The position numbers and the translations under genes were made by a program. This document shows, piece by piece, positions 47,688 to 57,866 of a stretch of 64,000 bases of DNA. The notes beneath the pieces are model-generated. The model did not search any database and was not told where the DNA came from. It saw only the letters and a program-made list of their open reading frames with translations. Positions within the stretch are counted from its first letter, which is position 1. Each line of letters opens with the position of its first letter. This stretch comes from a virus, in the IMG/VR virus record IMGVR_UViG_3300048032_000927, positions 32,001 to 96,000 of that record; one strand, 5' to 3'.

Positions 47688-48430
47688 GCTTGAAAATTAT
47701 ATCTTTCTGCAATTACCCCTATAGAGAAATAGCTCTCAACTGGGTTAAACATCTCGAGGAACTATCTATAGATAATTATGAGGTTTTATGCCTTGATCCT
47801 GAATCAGATGAATATCTAAAATCTCACCGATGCCACTCAAGAGTTCTTGATGAATTTAATGATGACTGGATTTCTGGATGTAAGCATACTATGCGCAGGA
47901 CATTTATTTTTAAAAAATATTTAGAAGAAGGTTTTGATATAATCCATTCCGATACTGATGCTCTTTGGTTTAAAAACCCAATACCTGAATTAATCGAACC
48001 AAACACTCAAGATATCATCGTCTCTACGGTTCGCCATAAAGAAGCATTTCCACCAGAAGTTCGCAAAGCCTTTGGATTTACATGCTGTATGGGCTGGATT
48101 TTCTTCCGTAGTAATGACAGGACAATAAGTTATCTAGACAGATTTCTTAATACTAGGGAAATAAAAGGCTCTGATCAGAAAAATTTTAATCAATTTTTAT
48201 TAAAAAATGCACCAACTTCTAAACCGCACCAATTTGGTGATGAGTTAACGATAGATAATACTGCCGACCAAGATTATAATTACAACGAGCTCTCCTTACT
48301 AGCTTTAAGTAAACCTCTAGTAAAGCGAGGTCCTATAGAAAACGAAACATATGTATGGCATCCAAATACAAGAAAAGAGGCTGAGCACAAAAAACAATCA
48401 TTCATTGACAGAGGCAAATGGAAAATTTAA
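47684..48430 (+). CDS. Nucleotide-diphospho-sugar transferase (GT77-like)
   Basis: ALNW, LCLD, SDTDALWFKNP, MG..F.RS, DQ..FN. Confidence 0.8.
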   Translation: MSLKIISFCNYPYREIALNWVKHLEELSIDNYEVLCLDPESDEYLKSHRCHSRVLDEFNDDWISGCKHTMRRTFIFKKYLEEGFDIIHSDTDALWFKNPIPELIEPNTQDIIVSTVRHKEAFPPEVRKAFGFTCCMGWIFFRSNDRTISYLDRFLNTREIKGSDQKNFNQFLLKNAPTSKPHQFGDELTIDNTADQDYNYNELSLLALSKPLVKRGPIENETYVWHPNTRKEAEHKKQSFIDRGKWKI

Positions 48431-48891
48431 TATCACACCTCGAAGGCCCGAACAAGCACATCATCAATTTAATCAAGCTTGATAGCGGTGAAGTTGTCAA
48501 CTCGACAAGCAAATGGTTAACTGATCGTTGGTTCTTAAGGGAATCTAATTTTGAAAAAAACTTAACATGTATTGAAATTAGTCCATTCAAAAACAATAAA
48601 GACTCTAATACATTTGTTGGTAAAAAATATCTTGAACATAAAGTTTACAATTCTTTTGATAATGCCCCTGATGACATAGATTTTCTTTCTATAATAGACC
48701 CCGACAATGCTTTTGAGGTTCTTAAATCCATCGATCATTCTAAATATAAAATTAAATATCTTTGTGTAGCTATTAATCCACTAAAAAACAAAAATTTTAA
48801 AGAAAATAAAAAAGACATAGAGTTACTACTTAAAGGTAAATACAAATTTATCAAACAAAACAGGACAGAGTTATTATATAGTGTAATATAA
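48418..48891 (+). CDS. Degenerate FkbM-like methyltransferase
   Basis: IDFLSI...EVLKSID..KY.I..L.V resembles the FkbM C-terminus; no clear SAM-binding motif. Confidence 0.4.
   Translation: MENLISHLEGPNKHIINLIKLDSGEVVNSTSKWLTDRWFLRESNFEKNLTCIEISPFKNNKDSNTFVGKKYLEHKVYNSFDNAPDDIDFLSIIDPDNAFEVLKSIDHSKYKIKYLCVAINPLKNKNFKENKKDIELLLKGKYKFIKQNRTELLYSVI
48881..48886 (+). promoter_or_regulatory. GTGTAA motif, putative phage promoter
   Basis: Begins 16 nt before ATG 48897. Confidence 0.55.
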
Positions 48892-48896
48892 TCTTG

Positions 48897-49517
48897 ATGC
48901 AAAAACCAATACCAACATATAGAAATCGGGTTCATTTGTTATATTTATTAAATGAACGTAAAATCAAACATGCATGCGAAGTCGGCGTATTCAGGGGTGG
49001 CTACAGTAGAGAAATCTTAGGAAGAATTCACAGTTTGGAAACACTTTACCTAGTGGATCTTTGGGAAAATCAAACTAATTACCACGACCTATGCAATGGA
49101 ACCCAAGAAGAAATGAATGAGCATTTCTTAAAAACACTAGATAATACATCTAAATGGAAGGATAAAACTAAAGTTTTAAAAGGTTACTCTACTTCTGTTT
49201 GCAATAAAATACCGGACAATAGTCTTGATTGGGTTTATATAGATGCGAGACATGATTATCTTGGATGTAAAGAAGATATTCATGCATATTGGCCAAAATT
49301 AAAATCCAACGGGATTATGAGTGGTCACGATTACATTGAAAATCACGAATTACAAAAAATGCAGCCCAATAATGATTGGTCAATTTGCTATGACGGATCT
49401 TTTCATCCTGGGGCAGTTAAAGGCGCCGTAGACGAATTTGCTAACGATAATAACCTACAAGTTATAGTTGGATACAAAGAGCCAGATTATCCTAGTTGGT
49501 CAATCCTGAAACCATAG
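48897..49517 (+). CDS. Class I SAM-dependent methyltransferase
   Basis: EVGVFRG, LVDLW, LDWVYIDARHDY, WPKLK..G.M.GHDY. Confidence 0.88.
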   Translation: MQKPIPTYRNRVHLLYLLNERKIKHACEVGVFRGGYSREILGRIHSLETLYLVDLWENQTNYHDLCNGTQEEMNEHFLKTLDNTSKWKDKTKVLKGYSTSVCNKIPDNSLDWVYIDARHDYLGCKEDIHAYWPKLKSNGIMSGHDYIENHELQKMQPNNDWSICYDGSFHPGAVKGAVDEFANDNNLQVIVGYKEPDYPSWSILKP

Positions 49518-49521
49518 AAAC

Positions 49522-51294
49522 ATGAACAATATACAGATCAAAACTGGAGCCAACTTAAGCAGGCTCCTTCAATCTACAGTAAACATACCTCAAGCTTTTA
49601 CTGAGCTTATTAAAAATTCCATTCAAAACTTCGCAACATCCTGCTCTATTGAATTGCAACACCCTTACTATGGTGACACGAATTGCTGCGCCATCATAAC
49701 TGATAATGGCCAAGGATTTGATCATATTCCTGATGAAAATGGAATGAACGCTTTTGACAAGTATTTTGTTTTTGGAAATTCATACGATACTACTGGCGGC
49801 AAAGGTGTTCAACTAGGTCAAATGGGTATAGGAGGGAAGCTGGCTAATGACAAACTTTCTCATGAAACAGAAATTCACTGGACAATTGAGACCAAAAATG
49901 TTCATGGCAAATGTTTTCTCTTAGAATATAAACCAACCAATGTCACATTCTTAAACGAATACTCTCCATCTTTTAGAGAACTTAGCCTACAAGAATCTTC
50001 TATTAAAAGTGACACCGGAACAAGAATAACAATACAAAAAGTTAAACGAAAAATTGAAGCAAATAGCTGGAACAAAGAAATCATCAAGAATGAGCTCCGC
50101 ACATTTTTTGGGCATCTTATTCCTCAATTACAGAAAGATGGCAAAAAGTTTGACCTCACCTTGAACGGAGAGAGTTTAGAATTTATCTACAAACTTCCAG
50201 GATCTAATATTCCAGTAATTAATAGAGAATTTGAGTATGATTACTATGGCCAAAAGAAGAAAGCCAATATTGAACTTAGACTGTCTTTGGTTTATAACAG
50301 ATCTTTAATCAAAAACCATCCCCTCAAAAACATTGATATTATTTCGAAAGTCAAAATATGCCCATTTCATCTATCAGACCAAGACTTACTTGCATCAACA
50401 ATAAGCTGGGTTGAATCCAAGAATAAAGAAGAATGTTTGGACCGCGACAAAATACATAATATATTTAATAAATTAGTTGGATTCATTTCTTGCGATGCTC
50501 TCTCTGAAGTTCTTGACGATACGGGCATGCCCGCTAAAGATTTATCTCACCATAGTTTAAGAGATGACCACCCAATCACTAAGCCTTTTCTCGAAAAATG
50601 TTATAGGGTAGTTATTGAATGGATCATTGAATATATTAAATTAAATCAAGAGGAAAAAATGAATATACTTGATGCTTTAGCTAACGAAGTGTCAACTATG
50701 CTTGCTGAATATTTTGACGAAGAAGATTTTTCGGACCTTTGGCAAAACGACGAAGGTGAAGACGAAGAAGAAGAGGAAGAGTTAACGGAAGAAGAAGAGC
50801 AAGAGGAAAAAGAAAAAGAAGAGCTTAAAGAGCTTGCCGAGATTGTTGCCAGAAGAGAATTCGATTTTCAACCCGAAGAAGAGGAAGAACCTGAAGAAGA
50901 GGAAGAGGAGGAAGAAGAGGAAGAGGAGGAAGAAGAACCTGAACCGGAAAATAACATTCCTCCACTATGGAATAGATTTAAAAATCAAAAACTTAAGAAA
51001 TCGAAGAGGATTAGATATATAATTATCGATTTTGGTGAAGAAGAGAAAAACCTAATGTCAAGAGTGGATGATAATGAAAATTTCACTATATTAATCAACG
51101 AAGGCAATCCGAAGTTTTCAAGATTAAAAGAAGAGAATTCTCCTTTTTTATTGGCTCTTCACATTTCTGAGCTTTTAATTAGAGAGATTACGGTATACAA
51201 AAACCCCCTAGCTTCCCCATCTGATTTAGATGAAGCTATTAGTAATTTCTATAGCGATAAATACTCTCAAGTAAAAACGAAAAGTGAGCTCTGA
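49522..51294 (+). CDS. GHKL (MORC/HSP90-like) ATPase with poly-acidic tract
   Basis: ELIKNS, DNGQG, GQMGIGGK, GTRITI. Confidence 0.8.
   Translation: MNNIQIKTGANLSRLLQSTVNIPQAFTELIKNSIQNFATSCSIELQHPYYGDTNCCAIITDNGQGFDHIPDENGMNAFDKYFVFGNSYDTTGGKGVQLGQMGIGGKLANDKLSHETEIHWTIETKNVHGKCFLLEYKPTNVTFLNEYSPSFRELSLQESSIKSDTGTRITIQKVKRKIEANSWNKEIIKNELRTFFGHLIPQLQKDGKKFDLTLNGESLEFIYKLPGSNIPVINREFEYDYYGQKKKANIELRLSLVYNRSLIKNHPLKNIDIISKVKICPFHLSDQDLLASTISWVESKNKEECLDRDKIHNIFNKLVGFISCDALSEVLDDTGMPAKDLSHHSLRDDHPITKPFLEKCYRVVIEWIIEYIKLNQEEKMNILDALANEVSTMLAEYFDEEDFSDLWQNDEGEDEEEEEELTEEEEQEEKEKEELKELAEIVARREFDFQPEEEEEPEEEEEEEEEEEEEEEPEPENNIPPLWNRFKNQKLKKSKRIRYIIIDFGEEEKNLMSRVDDNENFTILINEGNPKFSRLKEENSPFLLALHISELLIREITVYKNPLASPSDLDEAISNFYSDKYSQVKTKSEL
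50749..50949 (+). repeat. GAR-rich low-complexity tract encoding poly-Glu
   Basis: DEGEDEEEEEELTEEEEQEEKEKEELKE...PEEEEEPEEEEEEEEEEEEEEEPEPE. Confidence 0.9.
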
Positions 51295-52228
51295 TTTTGC
51301 ACCATACAGAATTATAGGAAAACCTTTTGATTTTGACCTTATTTGCGAAGAGGATCGCTTTCGGTTTGGCAGGGTTGTAGTTGAAAAAAAGAATGGTTCA
51401 TTATTAAACCATTACTATGATCACTCTCCATGGAAATTTGATGCAAAAAACTCAAAAGCAGTTAGCTTTATCAAGCAGATTGAAAGGGCTGATGCGGCTC
51501 TAAACTTTCCAGACTTCAATCCAGTTAAAATTTATTTTATAGATGTCCCACCCAAAGCTGATATCATCAATCAATCAGCTGATCCCATTTTATTTCAGTC
51601 TTACATTGATAAAAACGAACCGGAATGCCCCCTCAGCCTAAGGAATCATCCAGATTTTATTTGTTGCCCCGATTTTACTTTTTGGGATTGGTGCGGAATG
51701 AAATATGATCGTTACTTTAGTAAAATCCGTACTGCTGGAGAGTCAAAGCCAGTTTCCTTAAAACTGTTTTGGCGCGGCACAAAATACCCAAAACTTCGCG
51801 GCCCCTTAGTTGATCTTAGCGAGCAGTATCCAGATATAATTGATGCAAAATTTGCAAAGCCTAATAAAAACGACCAAAACTTTATTTCTTTAGAAGATGC
51901 AGTTCTTGGTTACAGTTATTTTATTGACCTGCAGGCTTCTGGCTGGAGCCCAAGAGTTAAATACTTCCTTCAGTCTCATCGTTTGACATTTTTACAGGAG
52001 CGCTTTCATAAAGCATACTATGAAAAAGATTTGGTTCCCATGGAGCATTACATACCAATCAAAAAAGATCTATCCGATCTTGTTGATAAAATTAATTGGG
52101 CAAACAGCAATCCTAAAGCGGTTTCAGAAATTATAGAAAATGCTTTCAATTTCAGTATAATAAATTTCTCTATAGACGCCGTAAACAAAAAGTGGCTAGA
52201 AGTAATAGAGTATTCACAAAGAGGTTAA
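51284..52228 (+). CDS. GT90 (CAP10/POGLUT-like) glycosyltransferase
   Basis: PDFTFWDW, KLFWRG, Y.YFID....WS.R.KY, LVPMEHYIPIK.DLSDL..KI.WA. Confidence 0.85.
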   Translation: MSSDFAPYRIIGKPFDFDLICEEDRFRFGRVVVEKKNGSLLNHYYDHSPWKFDAKNSKAVSFIKQIERADAALNFPDFNPVKIYFIDVPPKADIINQSADPILFQSYIDKNEPECPLSLRNHPDFICCPDFTFWDWCGMKYDRYFSKIRTAGESKPVSLKLFWRGTKYPKLRGPLVDLSEQYPDIIDAKFAKPNKNDQNFISLEDAVLGYSYFIDLQASGWSPRVKYFLQSHRLTFLQERFHKAYYEKDLVPMEHYIPIKKDLSDLVDKINWANSNPKAVSEIIENAFNFSIINFSIDAVNKKWLEVIEYSQRG

Positions 52229-52240
52229 AACATTTTCCCT

Positions 52241-52906
52241 ATGTACGATTTAATTATATTAACTACAGCGATTGATAGGCCTGATTTACACAACCAGACC
52301 TTGCGGCCATTTTTTAATATGCTTGAAAAACAGGGGATTAATCACAAGTGGATTGTTAATTTAGATTCTCCATTTAATAAAAGAGAAGCAGCATTAAATA
52401 ATCTTAAAACGTTTAATTATAGCTACCATGGTCATGATATACATATGTCAAATAAGGCGTGCTTTTACTCAGCAGCAAAACATGTTATAACTGCTGCATA
52501 CGATGATCTAGTCGATCTTGATGGATATGTAATGTGGCTGGAGGATGACTGGGATTTACTTGTCCCATTTAACATGCGAGAGTTAATAGATAGCGACTAC
52601 GAATATATTGGCTTTCACTTTCATCACTTTTTTGAATTCTCCTTCAACCCAACTATTTGGAGTCAAGATTTCTTTGTAAAAAATGTATATGAGCCCTTTG
52701 CTTCCTCAGAAGAGTCTATAGACCCAGAGCAACTTCTTATTAACCACCACAAAAAAACTAGAGCAGAAGACCCCAGCCATTTAAAAAATGTAAAACGCAT
52801 CAATTTTAATGGTGTGTTTGAAGATGCTGGCAGAAAATGGGGCGAGCAATATAATTTAAAAAAATGGAATAAAAATAAAACAGGAGGAAGTGTTAGTTAT
52901 GTATAA
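52241..52906 (+). CDS. GT-A fold glycosyltransferase-like protein
   Basis: TAIDRPDL, WLEDDW, SFNP, DAGR.W. Confidence 0.6.
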   Translation: MYDLIILTTAIDRPDLHNQTLRPFFNMLEKQGINHKWIVNLDSPFNKREAALNNLKTFNYSYHGHDIHMSNKACFYSAAKHVITAAYDDLVDLDGYVMWLEDDWDLLVPFNMRELIDSDYEYIGFHFHHFFEFSFNPTIWSQDFFVKNVYEPFASSEESIDPEQLLINHHKKTRAEDPSHLKNVKRINFNGVFEDAGRKWGEQYNLKKWNKNKTGGSVSYV

Positions 52907-53630
52907 AGCTTCTATCATATTATCGTCCTACAATAATTTATCTGCACTAAAGTTAAGCATTGAAAGTTTAAAATACCAAACAGAAAAAGATTTTGAAATT
53001 ATTATAGCAGACGATGGATCAACAGATGGAACAATAGAATACTTGGAAAAAGAAAACATAAAGTATTTTAGCCATCCAAACGAAGGATATAGACTTGCAT
53101 ATATATGGAATCGCGGCGCCGAACTAGCAACTGGAGATAGATTAATTTTTGGTAATGCGGATATTATATCTCACCCCAAAAGAATTGAAGAGCATTTAAA
53201 GTTTAGCAATAATTTAGTTGCTGGTATTTATCCATCAATCCCAATTGATAAAGTCTCCTCTATTACAAATCATATGATTGCTGATAAATTTGAAGATGTC
53301 ACTTCACTTGCAACACACGATAGAAGAAAAGATTTTATCGATAAAATTAAGCGCCCATACTTAGTTCATGGTAAAAAAATTCCACCACGGTATATGTATG
53401 GCGGTAATTGGTCTTGTCCCGCCAACACTTTCATAAAGCTTGGCGGTCTAGACGAAGGCTTTAGAGGCTGGGGAGGAGAAGATTTTGACTTTGCTAGAAG
53501 AGCGGAGTTAGACGGCAACGATATTATACTCAATACTAATTGCATAGGTTACCACCTGGACCACGAGACCATTAATAGGGATAGCACCAAATCAATCGGC
53601 AAAGGGTATTTTAATAAAAAATGGAATTAA
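52899..53630 (+). CDS. GT2 glycosyltransferase with GT7C-like end
   Basis: EIIIADDGSTD, N.GA, NAD, GGLDEGFRGWGGED. Confidence 0.9.
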   Translation: MYKASIILSSYNNLSALKLSIESLKYQTEKDFEIIIADDGSTDGTIEYLEKENIKYFSHPNEGYRLAYIWNRGAELATGDRLIFGNADIISHPKRIEEHLKFSNNLVAGIYPSIPIDKVSSITNHMIADKFEDVTSLATHDRRKDFIDKIKRPYLVHGKKIPPRYMYGGNWSCPANTFIKLGGLDEGFRGWGGEDFDFARRAELDGNDIILNTNCIGYHLDHETINRDSTKSIGKGYFNKKWN

Positions 53631-53651
53631 CATTTAAAGAGTGGATCGATA

Positions 53652-54308
53652 ATGAAAAAAATTCTTAAAGTTTTTGTATGCTGTCACAAATACATCCATA
53701 GAGTTGAAGAGATAAAAGCTCGCGTTAATAAATGGTGCCTTGGCGATTATTTAATTTTTATTGGCGGCGAAGAAGAACAAGAATTAGAAGAAAATGTTAT
53801 TCAATTAAAATGCAGGGATCTATACGAAGACCTTCCAGAGAAAATGTTTGCGATTTATACTTATCTATCTAACCTTGGATATACAGACCTTTATGACTAT
53901 TTCTGGAAAATAGATGACGACATAGGCTTCATTAAATGGAATGTTCATCGCGAAGCAAATCTATACAATGAATTAAAGAACCATCACTATTGCGGTTTTA
54001 AACTTAAGCCTGGGAGCAAAGGGGGTAAAAGAGGCTGGCACATTGGCAGAGTAAAAGAAGATTCTCCTTGGTACAACAAGCGATACGATGGAGAGTACAT
54101 AGACTGGATTGATGGCGGTACTACTTATTTCCTAAGCTCGCATGCATTAAACAAATGGAAAGGTTTTGCTGGGCTTAATCAAGTTAGATACAATGATATA
54201 TACGAAGACCTTGCAGTGGCAAAATATTTATCTAAGTTTGATATTGTTCCATCAGAAATTGATCCCTGGCAAGGTAAGACTATTTTAAAATTCAACATTA
54301 ATAAATGA
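53652..54308 (+). CDS. GT31 (galactosyltransferase/fringe-like) glycosyltransferase
   Basis: DLYEDLPEK, WKIDDD, GG..Y.LS, YEDLAV. Confidence 0.78.
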   Translation: MKKILKVFVCCHKYIHRVEEIKARVNKWCLGDYLIFIGGEEEQELEENVIQLKCRDLYEDLPEKMFAIYTYLSNLGYTDLYDYFWKIDDDIGFIKWNVHREANLYNELKNHHYCGFKLKPGSKGGKRGWHIGRVKEDSPWYNKRYDGEYIDWIDGGTTYFLSSHALNKWKGFAGLNQVRYNDIYEDLAVAKYLSKFDIVPSEIDPWQGKTILKFNINK

Positions 54309-55108
54309 ACAAAAATATTTTCTTACTATGTCTGCAAGGATGGGACAATGCTCCATGGTTATATCGCGAAGTGTCTGAATCCTGGGAAATCAATAACCCA
54401 GATTGGAAAATTCATTATATAGATTTTAATAATTTAAAAGATTACGTTGATGACATAGATTATATTTATGATAAAACTAAAGATATAAGGAAACCTGCTC
54501 AAAGCGATATTATACGTTTATCTTTATTGAAAAATTACGGGGGTGTATGGGTTGACGCTACTTTGCTTTGCATGCAACCCTTAGACCATTGGGCTCAAGA
54601 AGCCGTATCCCATTCAGGTATATGGATGTATCATGCATGCATTGACCCAAAGACTAATTTTATAGGGGGTGCTAGTTGGTTTATATTGTCAGAAAAATCT
54701 TCCTACATTATCAATAAATGGAAAGAGGGGTGTGATATTTATTGGGGTAAAATGAACAAGATGCACACGTTTTTATGGATGGATTCTATTTTTAAAGATT
54801 TATTTTTTGCTGATAATAAATTTAGAGATGAATGGGTTGATTGTTGCTACGCAAAAGGTTTAGACATGAATTCTGAATATGGCTCCAGGGCTGAATCGCC
54901 AAATTGGCTTAACGATAATAAATTCAGGTCAGATATATTTTTAAATACCCCTCCTTATGCCGTTAAATTAACTAAATTCTTTATGGATTCATTTCCTGAC
55001 CCTACTTCTGTTGATTTTAAAAATTCCAGCATTTATAATGCAATAAAAATGAGTAAAAGAAAATTTGTATACAAACATCCTTGGGAAACTCCTAAGAAGT
55101 GTAATTAA
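54305..55108 (+). CDS. GT32 / Caps_synth-like glycosyltransferase
   Basis: QGW..AP, SW..NPDW, SDIIRLSLL..YGGVWVDAT. Confidence 0.85.
   Translation: MNKNIFLLCLQGWDNAPWLYREVSESWEINNPDWKIHYIDFNNLKDYVDDIDYIYDKTKDIRKPAQSDIIRLSLLKNYGGVWVDATLLCMQPLDHWAQEAVSHSGIWMYHACIDPKTNFIGGASWFILSEKSSYIINKWKEGCDIYWGKMNKMHTFLWMDSIFKDLFFADNKFRDEWVDCCYAKGLDMNSEYGSRAESPNWLNDNKFRSDIFLNTPPYAVKLTKFFMDSFPDPTSVDFKNSSIYNAIKMSKRKFVYKHPWETPKKCN
55099..55104 (+). promoter_or_regulatory. GTGTAA motif, putative phage promoter
   Basis: Begins 15 nt before ATG 55114. Confidence 0.55.
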
Positions 55109-55113
55109 ACGAA

Positions 55114-55923
55114 ATGAAGCCTGTTAAAGTTACCAATGAGCGCACTGGAGGGAATTTATTCCACTATGCACATTTTATTTGTGATTGCTTGTATCCTGAA
55201 TTTTTATCTGGAGTTTTTGATTATACCGATGTCTTCAGATTAAAAAGCATTCATCAAACATTAGGAAACTTCGCATCTTTTTACGAAGAAATCTCTGGAG
55301 CAAAAAATCACGAATTAGTGCTAGATTCCTTTGATTCTCTTGATTATGAACATATTGTTTGCCAAAGAAAAGAAGACGAAAATGACTTTGCTAATTTTGA
55401 ATCTTTCAGGAAATTTATATTCAACCGTTTAGATATTAAAGCTTTGATTGATCAAATGGACGATCTTAATTGTTCGGCCCCTGAAATATTATTAATCAAA
55501 AGGGGAGAGCCTACCGAACTAATAAGTGACGAAGAATTAAAACTAGAGAACCCCAATCAAACTAACGGAAAAGAAAGGCGAGAAATATTAGGGGTGGGCA
55601 AAGTTGAAGAAAAATTAAAAAATATATACGGAAGTCGGATGCGCTCTGTTGTTCTCGAAGAAATGCCTTTTCGAATGCAGGTTTTTTTATTCAATCAAGC
55701 TAAATTTATTATCTGTGCACACGGAGCATGCATGAGTAATTTATTTTTTTGCGAACCAGGCACTAAAATATTAGAAGTACAAGCTCAAACCGCTCAAGAT
55801 AGGGTTATTGGTGCAGGCTGTTATCCGTTTTTTGATTACATTTCAAAAACACTAGATCTAGATCAGCACAAAACAAAAAATAATCCCTTCATGGTTATAA
55901 AGACTGCCCAAAAAATACATTAA
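55114..55923 (+). CDS. GT61 (DUF563)-like glycosyltransferase
   Basis: HYAHF, RR.I, Q..LF..A.....HGACMSNL.FC.PGT.ILE. Confidence 0.83.
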   Translation: MKPVKVTNERTGGNLFHYAHFICDCLYPEFLSGVFDYTDVFRLKSIHQTLGNFASFYEEISGAKNHELVLDSFDSLDYEHIVCQRKEDENDFANFESFRKFIFNRLDIKALIDQMDDLNCSAPEILLIKRGEPTELISDEELKLENPNQTNGKERREILGVGKVEEKLKNIYGSRMRSVVLEEMPFRMQVFLFNQAKFIICAHGACMSNLFFCEPGTKILEVQAQTAQDRVIGAGCYPFFDYISKTLDLDQHKTKNNPFMVIKTAQKIH

Positions 55924-55924
55924 G

Positions 55925-56692
55925 ATGAATTTTAAATCTTACATGATCACTTTCACTAAAGACCAGAATCGCCTTATTAATTTCAATCAGGCTAAATTAA
56001 AGTTGGATAATTTAGAATTATTTAATGCGGTAAATGCTATTGATCATTACAGTCATTTCGAATCAATTGATAGAAAAAATAATTATCATACTGATCAATA
56101 TATTGATCAGTGGAAATGGCTTCCTGGCAAACTGGGATGTAATTTGTCTTATGTTAAGTTGTTGAAAGATTATCATCGTAATTATAATTTTTATCCCGAC
56201 TTCCCTTCTTGGCTTCTTGTTATAGAAGATGATGTTGAAATTAAAATAGAGGACGCCACTTCTGTATTTTCTTCCATATTAAACAAGGCATCTGATTTAA
56301 GTTTTGACTTTGTTAAATTTTTCATAACAACGGGCAAAGAAAATATTAACGGGAAAATTATAGAGTTTTCACCTGAATTGCAATTTGATGAATCGAGACA
56401 TATATCTGACGGTTTTTATAAACTTATGCCATCGTGGGGTACAGCTGCTCAAGCTTTTCATATTAATTCTGTATCTAAAATATTAAAGCAGTTGCCATGG
56501 AATGACCACATTGATCAAATACTTATGAGACCTCCATTATTTGACTCACTAAATAGCGCTGCTTACAAACAAGATTTTTTAAACTATTGCGGTGCTAAAA
56601 GTTTAGAAGAAGCCGACGAGGGTTACGGAAGTCTTATATTTAACAACTCAACTGATGGCAAGGTTGACTGGAGAAAACTCACAAGAATATGA
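55925..56692 (+). CDS. GT25-like glycosyltransferase
   Basis: F.AV.A, GKLGCNLS, LVIEDD, GTAA, HID. Confidence 0.75.
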   Translation: MNFKSYMITFTKDQNRLINFNQAKLKLDNLELFNAVNAIDHYSHFESIDRKNNYHTDQYIDQWKWLPGKLGCNLSYVKLLKDYHRNYNFYPDFPSWLLVIEDDVEIKIEDATSVFSSILNKASDLSFDFVKFFITTGKENINGKIIEFSPELQFDESRHISDGFYKLMPSWGTAAQAFHINSVSKILKQLPWNDHIDQILMRPPLFDSLNSAAYKQDFLNYCGAKSLEEADEGYGSLIFNNSTDGKVDWRKLTRI

Positions 56693-57276
56693 TTTCTCAT
56701 GAATTAAAATGTATCTTCATACATATACCTAAATGTGCGGGCAGCTCTATAAATCAACAGCTTAAATTAGATTCAGTAGGATTCTCTGGTCATTCGCCAG
56801 CATCATACCATTCTGAATACAAAGATTATTTTTCTTTCACTTTTGTAAGGAATCCATATGATCGAATAGTTTCGGCGTATAAATATTTCCGCAAACTTAA
56901 ACCAGGGCATCGTTGGTATAAAAGAAACAGTATAATATCTGATGCCGCAAATGACATGGAGTTCAATGATTTTGCTCATCACATCAATGATTTTATGAAG
57001 CTGATGAAACGAGAAGAAGGTTCATTTGAATCTGGCATCCACTTTCAACCTTTTCATTATTTTATTGATCAGCCGATTGATTTTGTTGGTCGCTTTGAAA
57101 ATATTCAACAAGACTATTTTAAGATTTTATCTCATTTAAAACTTTCTATCAAGCCCCTTCGCAAAACCAACTCAACAAATAATTCAGATTATAGACGATT
57201 ATATATGGAAGATAGTAAAAGAGAGGTGTACAATATATATGAAGAAGACATTAACAAATATAAATATAAATTTTAA
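56689..57276 (+). CDS. Sulfotransferase (Sulfotransfer_2 type)
   Basis: FIHIPKCAGSS, VRNPYDRIVSAY, FVGRFEN. Confidence 0.9.
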   Translation: MISHELKCIFIHIPKCAGSSINQQLKLDSVGFSGHSPASYHSEYKDYFSFTFVRNPYDRIVSAYKYFRKLKPGHRWYKRNSIISDAANDMEFNDFAHHINDFMKLMKREEGSFESGIHFQPFHYFIDQPIDFVGRFENIQQDYFKILSHLKLSIKPLRKTNSTNNSDYRRLYMEDSKREVYNIYEEDINKYKYKF

Positions 57277-57279
57277 CTT

Positions 57280-57858
57280 ATGACTGATCAATTTCCACTT
57301 CCTTATTATTTTAAATTATCTAGTGGTCGAAAATCCTTGTTAGAACTAATTACCCCCAACTCTAAATGCGTAGAAGTCGGAGTATTTAAAGGTGATTTTA
57401 CGTCTTGCATTTTAGATCAATCTCCTGCAGAATTAAATCTAATTGACCCTTGGGATAGTATTATCGATGTTCCTGCTAGATGGCATGCTATTCCACAAGA
57501 TGATATGGATGAAATTTTCAAAGAAGTTTCCTCTAGATTTTCTACAGAGTCAAAGGTAAATATCATTAAAAAATATTCTGTTGATGCGCTTGATCAATTT
57601 GAAGACGAATCACTAGATTGGGTATACTTGGATGCAAACCACTCTTATTCTTTTGTAAACCAAGACCTCGAAGGCTGGTGGCCTAAATTAAAACCTCAAG
57701 GGTTTTTATGTGGTAATGCATATATCGACGGTGATGCTCAATTAAGATTATTGGATTTCGGTGTAATACCTGCAGTTGATAGTTTCCTCGAAGATCGTTT
57801 TGATGAAATAGAGGATTTTGACAACCAGCAAGACCAATTCTGCATTCAAAAAAAGTAA
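57280..57858 (+). CDS. Class I SAM-dependent methyltransferase
   Basis: VEVGVFKG, LIDPW, LDWVYLDANHSY, WPKLKP.G; paralog of 48897-49517. Confidence 0.88.
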   Translation: MTDQFPLPYYFKLSSGRKSLLELITPNSKCVEVGVFKGDFTSCILDQSPAELNLIDPWDSIIDVPARWHAIPQDDMDEIFKEVSSRFSTESKVNIIKKYSVDALDQFEDESLDWVYLDANHSYSFVNQDLEGWWPKLKPQGFLCGNAYIDGDAQLRLLDFGVIPAVDSFLEDRFDEIEDFDNQQDQFCIQKK

Positions 57859-57866
57859 CCCTTCCA

